Shown piece by piece: positions 10,369 through 17,781 of a DNA stretch of 34,849 bases (position 1 is its first letter; every line of letters begins with the position of its first letter). The notes below the pieces were generated by a model. The model was not told the origin of the DNA and did no database searches. It saw only the letters and a list, made by a program, of their open reading frames with translations. Origin of the DNA: Steroidobacteraceae bacterium (GTDB lineage: Bacteria > Pseudomonadota > Gammaproteobacteria > Steroidobacterales > Steroidobacteraceae); NCBI GenBank assembly GCA_049793535.1, contig JBARBX010000783.1, positions 1-34,849 of the forward strand. Direction: 5' to 3'. Both the position numbers and the translations under genes were made by a program.

Positions 10369-11634
10369 CTAGCGGTACACAAACGTCGTCAATACGCTCT
10401 CAGACGCCGTGACTTCGTTGTTTGGATCGGTGCCGCCGGCCGACGCGTACCAGTAACGTCGCGCATCGCTTGCATAGGTCATGAGAGTATTCGGGTCGGT
10501 GACGATTCGTAGATAGCTCGTCGACCAATAGTGCACGGCCCGGCCCCGCGGCAATTCGAGATTGCGCGTCATCTGCTCGAGAAAATTGCTGAGGGGCCCC
10601 TCCTGCGGTGTCGCGTGCAGCACAATTTCGACGCAGGACGGGACTGCTGAGTCGGCCGCACACGGCACATTGCGCGTATAGGCGAATTCAATATCATTCG
10701 GCAGCAGGATATTGTCGACACCCGGCAAGATCAGCGCGGCGGACATTCTGTACCACACCCCCTGATCGAGCGTGGCGCCGATCCATGCGCCGGTAGCCAG
10801 GCTATAATCTTCCGCCGCCTTGGCTTCGATGGTATCCGGTGCGAAGACGACGTCGATCTCCAAGCCGGCGTGCCTCGACAAGCGTGCGGCGATCTCGCCG
10901 GCGGGCGCTCGATCGCTGATCAGCGCTCGTGTCGCATCCGCGAGCTGCCGCGCGGCCTTGCGGGAATCCGCCACCTCCAGCAGCTCGCCGTTGTGGCTCA
11001 CGACGATGTCCGGATGCTGCCGAAGCGCGCGGGTGAACAAAATCGCCAGCAGGCTCAGGTCCGCCGCCCCATTCGACTTGACGTCGGCCTCGTTCACGGC
11101 CATGAGCGGTTCATAGGATTCCAGCCAGGGTCGGTGGGTCTTGCGAAAGTGACCTTTCAGGGATGCGGTTCCGGAAGCACGATTGACCTTGTCGGCGGCG
11201 GCGCGGCTGAAGTCCAATTCGATCTCGATGTCCGCATCGCAAGGCACCCAGCCAAACTTCAACGTCACGGATCGGTGTGGAAAATCCGCAACCGCCCCAT
11301 CGCCGGACTTCCAGCGCATCAGCAGCTGGTTGTTGTCCTCTGCATCCTGGTGAAAGCCATATTCGCGGTCCATTTCGATGGCGATTTCGAGCGCTGCGAT
11401 GGATAGGTCATCGTCGCCCGCGGAACCCGCCAAATCATCTGCATACTCGAGGCGGGCTGCAAGTGCGGCCGGAGCGTTTGGATCGATCTTATCGAGTGCG
11501 GCGATCGCGGCTTCGAAGTCCTGGGGGCCCGGCGGGCTGTCCGATGAATCAGCGACGGACGCCGCTGCGAACGACGCCGATCCCCAGAGAATGGCGACCA
11601 AACCAGCCGAAAACGGGCTAGGGATTCGCATCAC
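10369..11634 (-). CDS. Secreted hypothetical protein, no recognisable domain
   Basis: ORF of 421 aa (GTG at 11634 or ATG at 11631). Signal peptide MMRIPSPFSAGLVAILWGSASFAAASVA. Composition is protein-like rather than shadow-like (Asp/Glu/Tyr/Trp present, not Arg/Pro dominated). No family motif recognised. Confidence 0.6.
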   Translation of the reverse strand: MMRIPSPFSAGLVAILWGSASFAAASVADSSDSPPGPQDFEAAIAALDKIDPNAPAALAARLEYADDLAGSAGDDDLSIAALEIAIEMDREYGFHQDAEDNNQLLMRWKSGDGAVADFPHRSVTLKFGWVPCDADIEIELDFSRAAADKVNRASGTASLKGHFRKTHRPWLESYEPLMAVNEADVKSNGAADLSLLAILFTRALRQHPDIVVSHNGELLEVADSRKAARQLADATRALISDRAPAGEIAARLSRHAGLEIDVVFAPDTIEAKAAEDYSLATGAWIGATLDQGVWYRMSAALILPGVDNILLPNDIEFAYTRNVPCAADSAVPSCVEIVLHATPQEGPLSNFLEQMTRNLELPRGRAVHYWSTSYLRIVTDPNTLMTYASDARRYWYASAGGTDPNNEVTASESVLTTFVYR

Positions 11635-11694
11635 ACCGCCGCTGCCGCACTGCCGCTCCAGCTTGCGGCCCGATTATCGCGGCCGAAATTCCAA

Positions 11695-12225
11695 TCAACC
11701 GGCTGGCCGGCCCGTTTTTGGGTTGACCGGCGCTTTGAGTGCGCTCCCGCATCGAGCGTTGGGGCCCACGGGGAAGTCGTCATCGCCGTTGAGCAAAGTA
11801 TATGCGCAGCGACCGAAGGCAACCGTGACTTGATCCGTATTGGCGCCTCTCCAAAACCTGTGATGGTGGCGGTGTTCAGGATTACCTGGATGCGTCTTAT
11901 CGGTACGAACGGCGGTTTTCGCCGCGTGGTCAGCGGCGTGACTGCCGATGGCCTGCGTGAACGAGCCTCGGCCGAGGTTCGCTGAACCGAAACGGCCGCT
12001 GTTGGAAAATCCGCCGCCAAATACTCCGTGCCCGCCGACTCCGCCGCCGTGGCCGCCGCCTCCACCGCCCCCTCCGTGCCCTCCACCGCCCCCTCCGTGG
12101 CCGCCACCGCCGCCTCCGGAACCAGCAGCGCTGCCCCCGCTGGAACTCGACGTGCTTGACGCAATGGCGCCGCCCGATGCACCGAGCGCAATGACTATGA
12201 CGAGAAGTGACAGATGCGGTTTCAT
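11695..12225 (-). CDS. Secreted Gly/His-repeat protein with a His-rich, two-Cys C-terminal domain
   Basis: ATG at 12225 is preceded by GAGGTG (SD). Signal peptide MKPHLSLLVIVIALGASGGAIA. Then (G5-8 H) repeats: GGGGGGHGGGGGGHGGGGGGGGHGGGVGGHG. Then ...HPGNPEHRHHHRFW...C...C. Three other frames over the same DNA are repeat-driven shadows. Confidence 0.6.
   Translation of the reverse strand: MKPHLSLLVIVIALGASGGAIASSTSSSSGGSAAGSGGGGGGHGGGGGGHGGGGGGGGHGGGVGGHGVFGGGFSNSGRFGSANLGRGSFTQAIGSHAADHAAKTAVRTDKTHPGNPEHRHHHRFWRGANTDQVTVAFGRCAYTLLNGDDDFPVGPNARCGSALKAPVNPKTGRPAG
12060..12101. repeat. Tandem 21-bp repeat (2 near-identical copies plus degenerate flanking copies) encoding the GGGGGGH units
   Basis: ctccaccgccccctccgtgcc (12060-12080) is followed directly by ctccaccgccccctccgtggc (12081-12101), 20/21 identical. 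Flanking sequence from about 12040 to 12125 is a degenerate version of the same unit. Confidence 0.85.
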
Positions 12226-12240
12226 AGAGCACCTCGAAAT

Positions 12241-12268
12241 GCCGGTTCAACAAACCAGGCCGGTTCAA
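12241..12268 (-). promoter_or_regulatory. Direct repeat GCCGGTTCAA-N8-GCCGGTTCAA (minus strand: TTGAACCGGC x2) 16-43 nt upstream of the Gly/His-repeat gene ATG
   Basis: Exact 10-bp copies at 12241-12250 and 12259-12268, period 18 bp. Function unknown; the position suggests an operator or 5'-UTR element. Confidence 0.3.
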
Positions 12269-12567
12269 GCTTACTCCGGTGACCACCCGATTCGATGCGC
12301 GCTACATTAACTATGGATTTGCCCTGACCTCGCTGGTATTGAGAGTCGTCGCGAACTACCACCGGCGGGCGAGTTCCCTACGCGAGGATCGCAATCTAGA
12401 ATTCGAGCCTTCGGAGCCTGGCATTTCAATCGCTTATCGCGTTCCCCGCAGCGGCTTCGAGCGCCGCCTCGGCGGTGCCGCGGGTGGGTTTGCCGCGATG
12501 ACGCTGGAGACATTAACAATTGATTAAACTTTGCGGCCATGGACCCCTTCGCACGTCGCGATGAGCT

Positions 12568-14490
12568 CTACCGCAGGGCGCACCTCACGCCGGCGATCCG
12601 TACGACTTTCATCGGCAATCCCATGTCCCTGTGGTTGGGCACATCGAGGCTCCACAGAGTGGATCCCGCCGTCGGGCACTCGCATTCGGTAAAACCGAGC
12701 TTGGCATAATGATCTTCGACCAGGCGATTGCGCTCGGTCGGTCGATAGGTGCCGACGATCCGAGCGATGCCGAACTTGCGCGCATGGCTCACCAATTCCT
12801 GTAAGACGGCCTGCTCGACCCGCCGTCCGAGGACGCGGCAGCTCATGAGCCATGTATCGACCAGCCAATCGTCGGCATTGCGCCGGCAGATCACGACACT
12901 GATCATGCCATTGTCGCCGAACGTGTCGACCAGGCGGACCTGAAGCGTGAAGCAATTCGGATCAGCCTCCATTTCACCCACCTGTACTTCGCTGTAGCGG
13001 CGGGTGGTCAGGTTGAACTGGTTGGATTTGTTGATGAGCTGCGCAATTCGCGCCCGGCCGATCTCGTCGAAAGGCCGGAACGTGATCGTCATGCCAAGCG
13101 TCTCGAGGTATGCGTCGAGATCCCCCGCGGCGCGCTGCAACGCCACGCGGCGCGCATTGTCCCGGTAGAAATCGGCGCGCTGCTGGTCCTCCGGAGAAAA
13201 AGCGACCGCCTCGAAGTACCCCGCGGCCAGCAGGGTGCGCACATAAAACGCGGGGTCCTCGGTCAGCTCCGGCACCGCCACTTCGGGCAACATATCGCGG
13301 ACCAAGCGCCGTTCCGCCGGATTGTCATCGAGGAATACCATCGATTCAAGTCCAAGCGACAATTCGTCGGCGATCGTCCGAATGTTGGTTGCCTTGTCGT
13401 GCCAATTTGCCTGGAATACCGCCACGTGATTCTCGTGCAACAGCATCTCAGGATGGTTGCGAAACGGCAGGCGAGCGATCTCATCGTTGTTCTTGGACGA
13501 TACCGCGAGCACTATGCCTCGTTTGCGGAGCGCCAACGCCGCACTCTGCACATCCAGGAACGCTTCACCCTGCGGATCTCCCTGACCGAGCACGATGCCT
13601 TCGAGCCCGTCGTCGCCGATAACGCCGCCCCAAAGCGTGTTATCCAAGTCCAGCACGAGGCAGCGTCGACTCTTGCCGCGCAACGCCGCGATCAGGCGGC
13701 AGGCAAGATCCGCGTAGATCGGCAGGTAGGCGTTGGCGAACGGAATCTTGCCCATATTCCACAAGCCGGGATCATGCCACGACGATAGCCCGACGGTTTC
13801 GGCCAGACCGGCAACATCGAGCAGCAGGTCCGCCTTGCCCGCAAGATCGGTCGACAACTTGCGATTGAAGAGATCGATGACATTGCGGCGCGTGCCGGGA
13901 AGGGCCAGGTCGAGACTGCCGAAGCTGGTTTCGACCGGTCTGGCCAAAGTTTGATAGATGCAGCTCGCACCACAATTTTTTCGCAGCGCGTCGCGTACCG
14001 TCCGCAATTCGTCCAGCGCCCCGTCCACCGCGCCGTCAACGGCGCTCGCAACTCCCAGCGGGACGTCGAACGCAAATGCGCGGTAGTCGAGCGCGACCAG
14101 CACAGCGTCGGGGCGCGCCCGATTGATGGTGGAGTCGGCGTCGAGTGCTTCTTGCATGAACTGGCCGTAGTTCGCCTCTACGCACTCGAGCGCAATGCCA
14201 TGCCGCGCCGCGGTCGCAGTCAATGCCGGCACCATGAAATGCGAGGTGGCATTGCTGATGATGCCGAGCCGAAACGGCGTCAGTGGCCTTAGGCCCTCGG
14301 GACGGCCTCGCACCGCCTCGATCGCGTTTGCAAGGCAGACGAGTTTGTTCTCGTCAAGCGCGAATGATGCCAGGGCGCGTACTTCGCGGCCCAGGTCTTC
14401 CGTAGCTACGCGCAGCGCCCGGCAACGCTTGGTGAAGTCTTCCGGGGGCCGAGGCAGCCACTCGAGGTCCGCGTACAACGACTCACTCAC
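12568..14490 (-). CDS. FkbH-like HAD-IIIC family enzyme (N-terminal FkbH domain + HAD phosphatase core + C-terminal GNAT-like domain)
   Basis: Track ORF 12568..14502 starts at a TTG. I prefer the GTG at 14490, which has GAGG 6 nt upstream. HAD motif I reads CLVLDLDNTLWGGVIGDDGLEG. The C-terminal region has DTFGDNGMISVVIC and LMSCRVLGRRVE, typical of the FkbH-like family as I recall it. Confidence 0.85.
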   Translation of the reverse strand: MSESLYADLEWLPRPPEDFTKRCRALRVATEDLGREVRALASFALDENKLVCLANAIEAVRGRPEGLRPLTPFRLGIISNATSHFMVPALTATAARHGIALECVEANYGQFMQEALDADSTINRARPDAVLVALDYRAFAFDVPLGVASAVDGAVDGALDELRTVRDALRKNCGASCIYQTLARPVETSFGSLDLALPGTRRNVIDLFNRKLSTDLAGKADLLLDVAGLAETVGLSSWHDPGLWNMGKIPFANAYLPIYADLACRLIAALRGKSRRCLVLDLDNTLWGGVIGDDGLEGIVLGQGDPQGEAFLDVQSAALALRKRGIVLAVSSKNNDEIARLPFRNHPEMLLHENHVAVFQANWHDKATNIRTIADELSLGLESMVFLDDNPAERRLVRDMLPEVAVPELTEDPAFYVRTLLAAGYFEAVAFSPEDQQRADFYRDNARRVALQRAAGDLDAYLETLGMTITFRPFDEIGRARIAQLINKSNQFNLTTRRYSEVQVGEMEADPNCFTLQVRLVDTFGDNGMISVVICRRNADDWLVDTWLMSCRVLGRRVEQAVLQELVSHARKFGIARIVGTYRPTERNRLVEDHYAKLGFTECECPTAGSTLWSLDVPNHRDMGLPMKVVRIAGVRCALR

Positions 14491-14498
14491 GGCGAACC

Positions 14499-14780
14499 TC
14501 AAGGCTGGAGTACGGCCCCAGAGGGCTGTTTGTGCTTGGTGAGCGCGACGAGATCGCCGACGTTCTTGAGCCGGCTCATCTCCACCGCGGAGAACTTGAC
14601 GCCGAACGCCTTTTGCACCGACAGAATCAACCGTATGTGCGTCAGACTGTCCCAGCCGTTGACGTCATTGGCCGTCAGCTCGGGTTTTAGCACCAGATCA
14701 TCGTCATCAAAGACTTCGCGAAATACCGAGGTCAAACGAGTGAGGATTGGGTCTTCCATGTATGTCTCCGTGGTATTCAT
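14499..14780 (-). CDS. Acyl carrier protein (phosphopantetheine attachment site GWDSL)
   Basis: The sequence ...LTANDVNGWDSLTHIRLILSVQKAFGVKF... has the DSL Ser motif in a small acidic protein. An alternative and perhaps better start is the ATG at 14759 (MEDPIL...), preceded by GGAG. The stop is 8 nt upstream of the preferred FkbH-like GTG (14490); it would overlap the gene only if the TTG at 14502 is the true start. Confidence 0.85.
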   Translation of the reverse strand: MNTTETYMEDPILTRLTSVFREVFDDDDLVLKPELTANDVNGWDSLTHIRLILSVQKAFGVKFSAVEMSRLKNVGDLVALTKHKQPSGAVLQP

Positions 14781-14789
14781 GACGGCCGG

Positions 14790-15221
14790 TTAGGGCTCCG
14801 CTCGCGCCGGCATGCCGGCAATGATTTCGATCACGCCGACTCCGCTGATCCTGTGGAACGATACTTCGATGCCGTCGAAAAGAAGCGCAGGCTGGGGAAA
14901 CCCGAGAGGTAGTACTTCCAGACCGGCTTGTTCCAGCGCGGCCAGCGATCGTTCGACGTCTTTGGATGTGTAGCAGATATGGTAGATCAAGCTGTCGCCG
15001 TGCTCGAGCACGGAATCTATCGGCGACGGTCCGGCTCCGGGCCATATCACTTCGACATCCGGCATGCGCTCATGATGGCGCATCGCCAGGTTGACCTTTT
15101 GCAGCGGGTCGTAACAGGCGTTTCCGGCGCGGTAACCGAGATCGTCCAAATAGCGCAACGCCGCCTCGGGAGACTTTACCGCCAGGCCCAAATGGTGAAA
15201 TTCGAGTCCATATTGATTCAT
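14790..15221 (-). CDS. VOC-family (glyoxalase I / methylmalonyl-CoA-epimerase-like) protein
   Basis: Track ORF 14790..15317, trimmed to the ATG at 15221 (MNQYGLEFHHLGLAVKSPEAAL...). This ATG overlaps the upstream stop (ATGA at 15218-15221). EFHHLGLAV is the typical first metal-ligand strand of VOC and MCE enzymes. Confidence 0.8.
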   Translation of the reverse strand: MNQYGLEFHHLGLAVKSPEAALRYLDDLGYRAGNACYDPLQKVNLAMRHHERMPDVEVIWPGAGPSPIDSVLEHGDSLIYHICYTSKDVERSLAALEQAGLEVLPLGFPQPALLFDGIEVSFHRISGVGVIEIIAGMPARAEP

Positions 15222-16330
15222 GGCCGCCCCGCGGCGAGCGTAGCGCTCTTCGCTGTTGGCGATTCGTAGGCCACGTCGCCGGCCATGCCGACAAGCCCCG
15301 CCACACGGGCCGCCCACTGCCGAGTGACGCGCGGCTTGGGGTGAACCTCATCTGAAAATTCGAGATCGCCATTCAAATCCGGCATTTCCAGGTGCGCGAA
15401 TCCGTCCCTGCCGTCGAAATGCGAGAGCAGCACCTTCTCGTGCCTCAGGTATTGCGGGTAGATGGGCGAGCGCTCCGCGTGCCAGCGCGGGATCGGCAAG
15501 TCGACGAGCACCACCTTGCTTCCCTGCGCAAGTATCCGGTCGATCAAGTCTCTGAGCACCAAGAACTGCTCCTCCGCGATCGGCCCGTCGCTGTGCATTT
15601 GATCGTGCCAATACTTCAGGGCGGCCTGTTTGTCCGCCTCGGAAACGACGCTGGCGTTGCGTTCGGCATCGGTACGCGAGACGGGGCGCCCGAACAAGCG
15701 GTCGCGCAGTTCCTTGCTCGCGCGCCGCGACAGCTCGTCGAAAACCAAGTAGGGATGAATCAGGGCGACACCAAGCGCCAATTCTGCGGAGGGCAGAACT
15801 TGTTTCGGCCCGTTCTGGGTGCGCCGGTAGAAGCCATAGCGATAGCGCTCAATATCGATGTCTGTGTCGCCCGGGTGCCGATCGGGCGTATCCCATCGGA
15901 ATTTGTCCTGGGTAAACGTGCCGTACCATATGCCGATGACGAACGTGGTGCGGCGTCGCGCCGGCGAACTCTGCAAATCCTGCACCAGATCTACGATTTG
16001 GGCGATTTCGGTCATGTTCGATCCGCCCACGGACAGGTTGTCGACCTCCTCATTCGGAAGCAGTGCTTGCACCTCGTGCTGCTTGAACCCGACCGCCGTG
16101 TTCGAAGCGCCGACGAACACAATGCGGGGCGCATCGGGCCTGACCGCGGCTCGGTTCAGAAACACGTACTTGGGGTCGGTCATGAAAATCGTGTTGTTGG
16201 CGAGAGTGGAATCCAGCCCGCCTCCTCGACTTTCCGGCGGCACCAATCCATAGGAGACGCCCAGCAAGACGCCGTAGATCCCCCCCAGCGCGAGCAGCAC
16301 GAACAGGCCTTGTTTGAGAATTGCGCGCAC
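15218..16330 (-). CDS. N-terminally membrane-anchored SGNH/DltD-like putative acyltransferase or esterase
   Basis: A single N-terminal TM helix (LKQGLFVLLALGGIYGVLLGV). Candidate SGNH blocks are IVFVGASNTAVG (block I Ser), LSVGGSNM (block II Gly) and FSDEVHP (block V Asp-x-x-His). The GTG start abuts the MBOAT stop codon. The family call is by analogy with DltD, AlgX, AlgJ and PatB and is not proven. Confidence 0.6.
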   Translation of the reverse strand: MRAILKQGLFVLLALGGIYGVLLGVSYGLVPPESRGGGLDSTLANNTIFMTDPKYVFLNRAAVRPDAPRIVFVGASNTAVGFKQHEVQALLPNEEVDNLSVGGSNMTEIAQIVDLVQDLQSSPARRRTTFVIGIWYGTFTQDKFRWDTPDRHPGDTDIDIERYRYGFYRRTQNGPKQVLPSAELALGVALIHPYLVFDELSRRASKELRDRLFGRPVSRTDAERNASVVSEADKQAALKYWHDQMHSDGPIAEEQFLVLRDLIDRILAQGSKVVLVDLPIPRWHAERSPIYPQYLRHEKVLLSHFDGRDGFAHLEMPDLNGDLEFSDEVHPKPRVTRQWAARVAGLVGMAGDVAYESPTAKSATLAAGRP

Positions 16331-17776
16331 CTAGAACGCCTTGTAAACAAATTCCGGGGCTTTGTGAAAAAAAGACCCCACTGCGAAGATCAACAGCACC
16401 CCGCTCGCCAGAACGACATTTCGCGCAATGAGGCCCGGGACTCCGGGCCGGTCGAGTCGGGGCACCATACCCGCCAGCATCCGGCCGGCCCGATCCACGA
16501 CCGGGCCGCCAACGGCAGCGCACAGTGTCGTGCCGAGGAGCGCGAACAGCAGCCCGCCGGCGCCGAGCCGGCGCGCCAGCAGCCCGAGTTGATCCATGTT
16601 GACCCAAAGAGCGGTGACCGCGAGGGCGAAGAAGGCGAACATCAGCCCACGCGCCAAGCTGGCGTACACAAATGATTCTCCGATTGCTCTGTACTGCTTC
16701 TTGCCGAAACGATTGGTCATGAAGACCTGCCAGAGCTTGTTGAGGCTGGCGCCCGCGCCCATGACCAACCCGTAGATCACGAAGACACCGGTCGAGCCAT
16801 GCCACACACCCATCACGAAGAATGTGACGAAGAACGCGATCACTCCCAGATAGGGCAGCCACACCGGCGCCGCCACCCGGCCGGCCAGAAACGCCATCAG
16901 CGGATTGAACAGGTAGGTCTTGAACCATTGCGAAAGGGTCATGTGCCAGCGGGACCAGAACTCGAATATGTTGCGCGCGGAAAACGGCCGGTCGAAATTC
17001 TCCGGCAGCTCCTGACCGAGCAGCCATCCAACGCCGATGACGATGTCCATATAGCCGGAGAAGTTGAAGTACAGGTAAAAGGTGTAGGCGACGGCACTCG
17101 CCGCATACTGCGCGGCAAAGCGCCAGCCGACCATCGGCGTCGTCTCACCGAGCACGGCGGCGGATAAATTGGCAAATAGATAGTTGAAGACCGCCGACAC
17201 GACGGCGAGTTTGATGAAGCCCTTGATTATCCGATGCGCCGCTCTGAACGCGATGGCGTCGTCGACCTTGCGGTCGAGCAGCCCGAGGCCGGCCAAGTAT
17301 TCGTTGGAGCGCTGTATCGGGCCCGACACGAAGCAGAGAAAATTGCAGGTGAAATTGAAAAACCCAAGCGGATCGAGCCGCGCCTCCTCTTCACCGCCCG
17401 CGCTGTCGATCACCATCTGCAGGACGCGGAAGAGAATGTATGAAAGCCCGATCTGCAGGTACAGGAACGGCAGTTCGATCCGAGCGGGCAGGAAAGTGTA
17501 GCGCTTGAGCACCGCGAATACCGCGACGATCAAGACGATCGTCCACCCCAGGAGTCCGGGTTTGCGCCAGCGCGCCACCCAGCGCGTGGCGGCGTATCCC
17601 AACACGAGAAACCCCAGCAATGGAGCCAGTTGCCCGGCCGATTGAACGAAACTCGCGAGGAACAGCAAATTCGCAAGCAACAACAACCCTTGCCGGAAAA
17701 GTGGTGCGCGCCAAGCGTTGAACGCCAGCACGGTTGCGGTTACAAAGCCGAGATACAGGGTCGATGTGAAATCCAC
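16331..17776 (-). CDS. MBOAT-family membrane-bound O-acyltransferase (DltB/AlgI-like)
   Basis: Polytopic membrane protein with MBOAT signatures FWSRWHMTLSQWFKTYLFNPL and FFVMGVWHG (conserved His). GTG start 5 nt after the GH16 stop. Confidence 0.9.
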   Translation of the reverse strand: MDFTSTLYLGFVTATVLAFNAWRAPLFRQGLLLLANLLFLASFVQSAGQLAPLLGFLVLGYAATRWVARWRKPGLLGWTIVLIVAVFAVLKRYTFLPARIELPFLYLQIGLSYILFRVLQMVIDSAGGEEEARLDPLGFFNFTCNFLCFVSGPIQRSNEYLAGLGLLDRKVDDAIAFRAAHRIIKGFIKLAVVSAVFNYLFANLSAAVLGETTPMVGWRFAAQYAASAVAYTFYLYFNFSGYMDIVIGVGWLLGQELPENFDRPFSARNIFEFWSRWHMTLSQWFKTYLFNPLMAFLAGRVAAPVWLPYLGVIAFFVTFFVMGVWHGSTGVFVIYGLVMGAGASLNKLWQVFMTNRFGKKQYRAIGESFVYASLARGLMFAFFALAVTALWVNMDQLGLLARRLGAGGLLFALLGTTLCAAVGGPVVDRAGRMLAGMVPRLDRPGVPGLIARNVVLASGVLLIFAVGSFFHKAPEFVYKAF

Positions 17777-17781
17777 GGCGC

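Noticed and set aside
11948-12310. The poly-proline ORF (…PPPPPPPCPPPPPPWPPPPPP…) on the plus strand, and two other minus-strand frames over 11631-12286.
   Set aside because: These are frame and antisense readings of the GGN tandem repeats of the Gly/His-repeat gene. Only the 11695..12225(-) frame has an SD, a signal peptide and a non-repetitive C-terminal domain.
12440-12500. A possible c-di-GMP (GEMM-I) riboswitch upstream of the Gly/His-repeat gene. The minus strand reads GGCAAACCC...CUCGAAGCC, reminiscent of the GGCAAACC...ACGCAAAGCC core.
   Set aside because: Only two short strings match. I could not build the P1/P2 helices or find the GNRA tetraloop and receptor, and the element would lie about 230 nt from the ATG. 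A covariance-model scan (Rfam GEMM-I/II) would settle it.
12279-12527. An 82-aa ORF in the 342-bp gap between the FkbH-like gene and the Gly/His-repeat gene.
   Set aside because: It has no SD, no recognisable motif and a composition unlike the neighbouring genes. The gap is better explained as terminator and promoter space.
15392-16675. Long ORFs overlapping or antisense to the called genes. Examples are 15392..16675(+) of 427 aa, 23563..24642(+), 24311..25252(+), 27438..28358(+), 16050..17027(-), 1729..2601(-), 635..1507(-), 6091..6999(-) and 7114..7662(-).
   Set aside because: These are typical high-GC shadow ORFs. Their translations are dominated by Arg/Pro/Gly/Ala/His runs, with no domain motifs, signal peptides or TM helices. 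Each lies entirely within a gene on another frame or strand that has strong family signatures.
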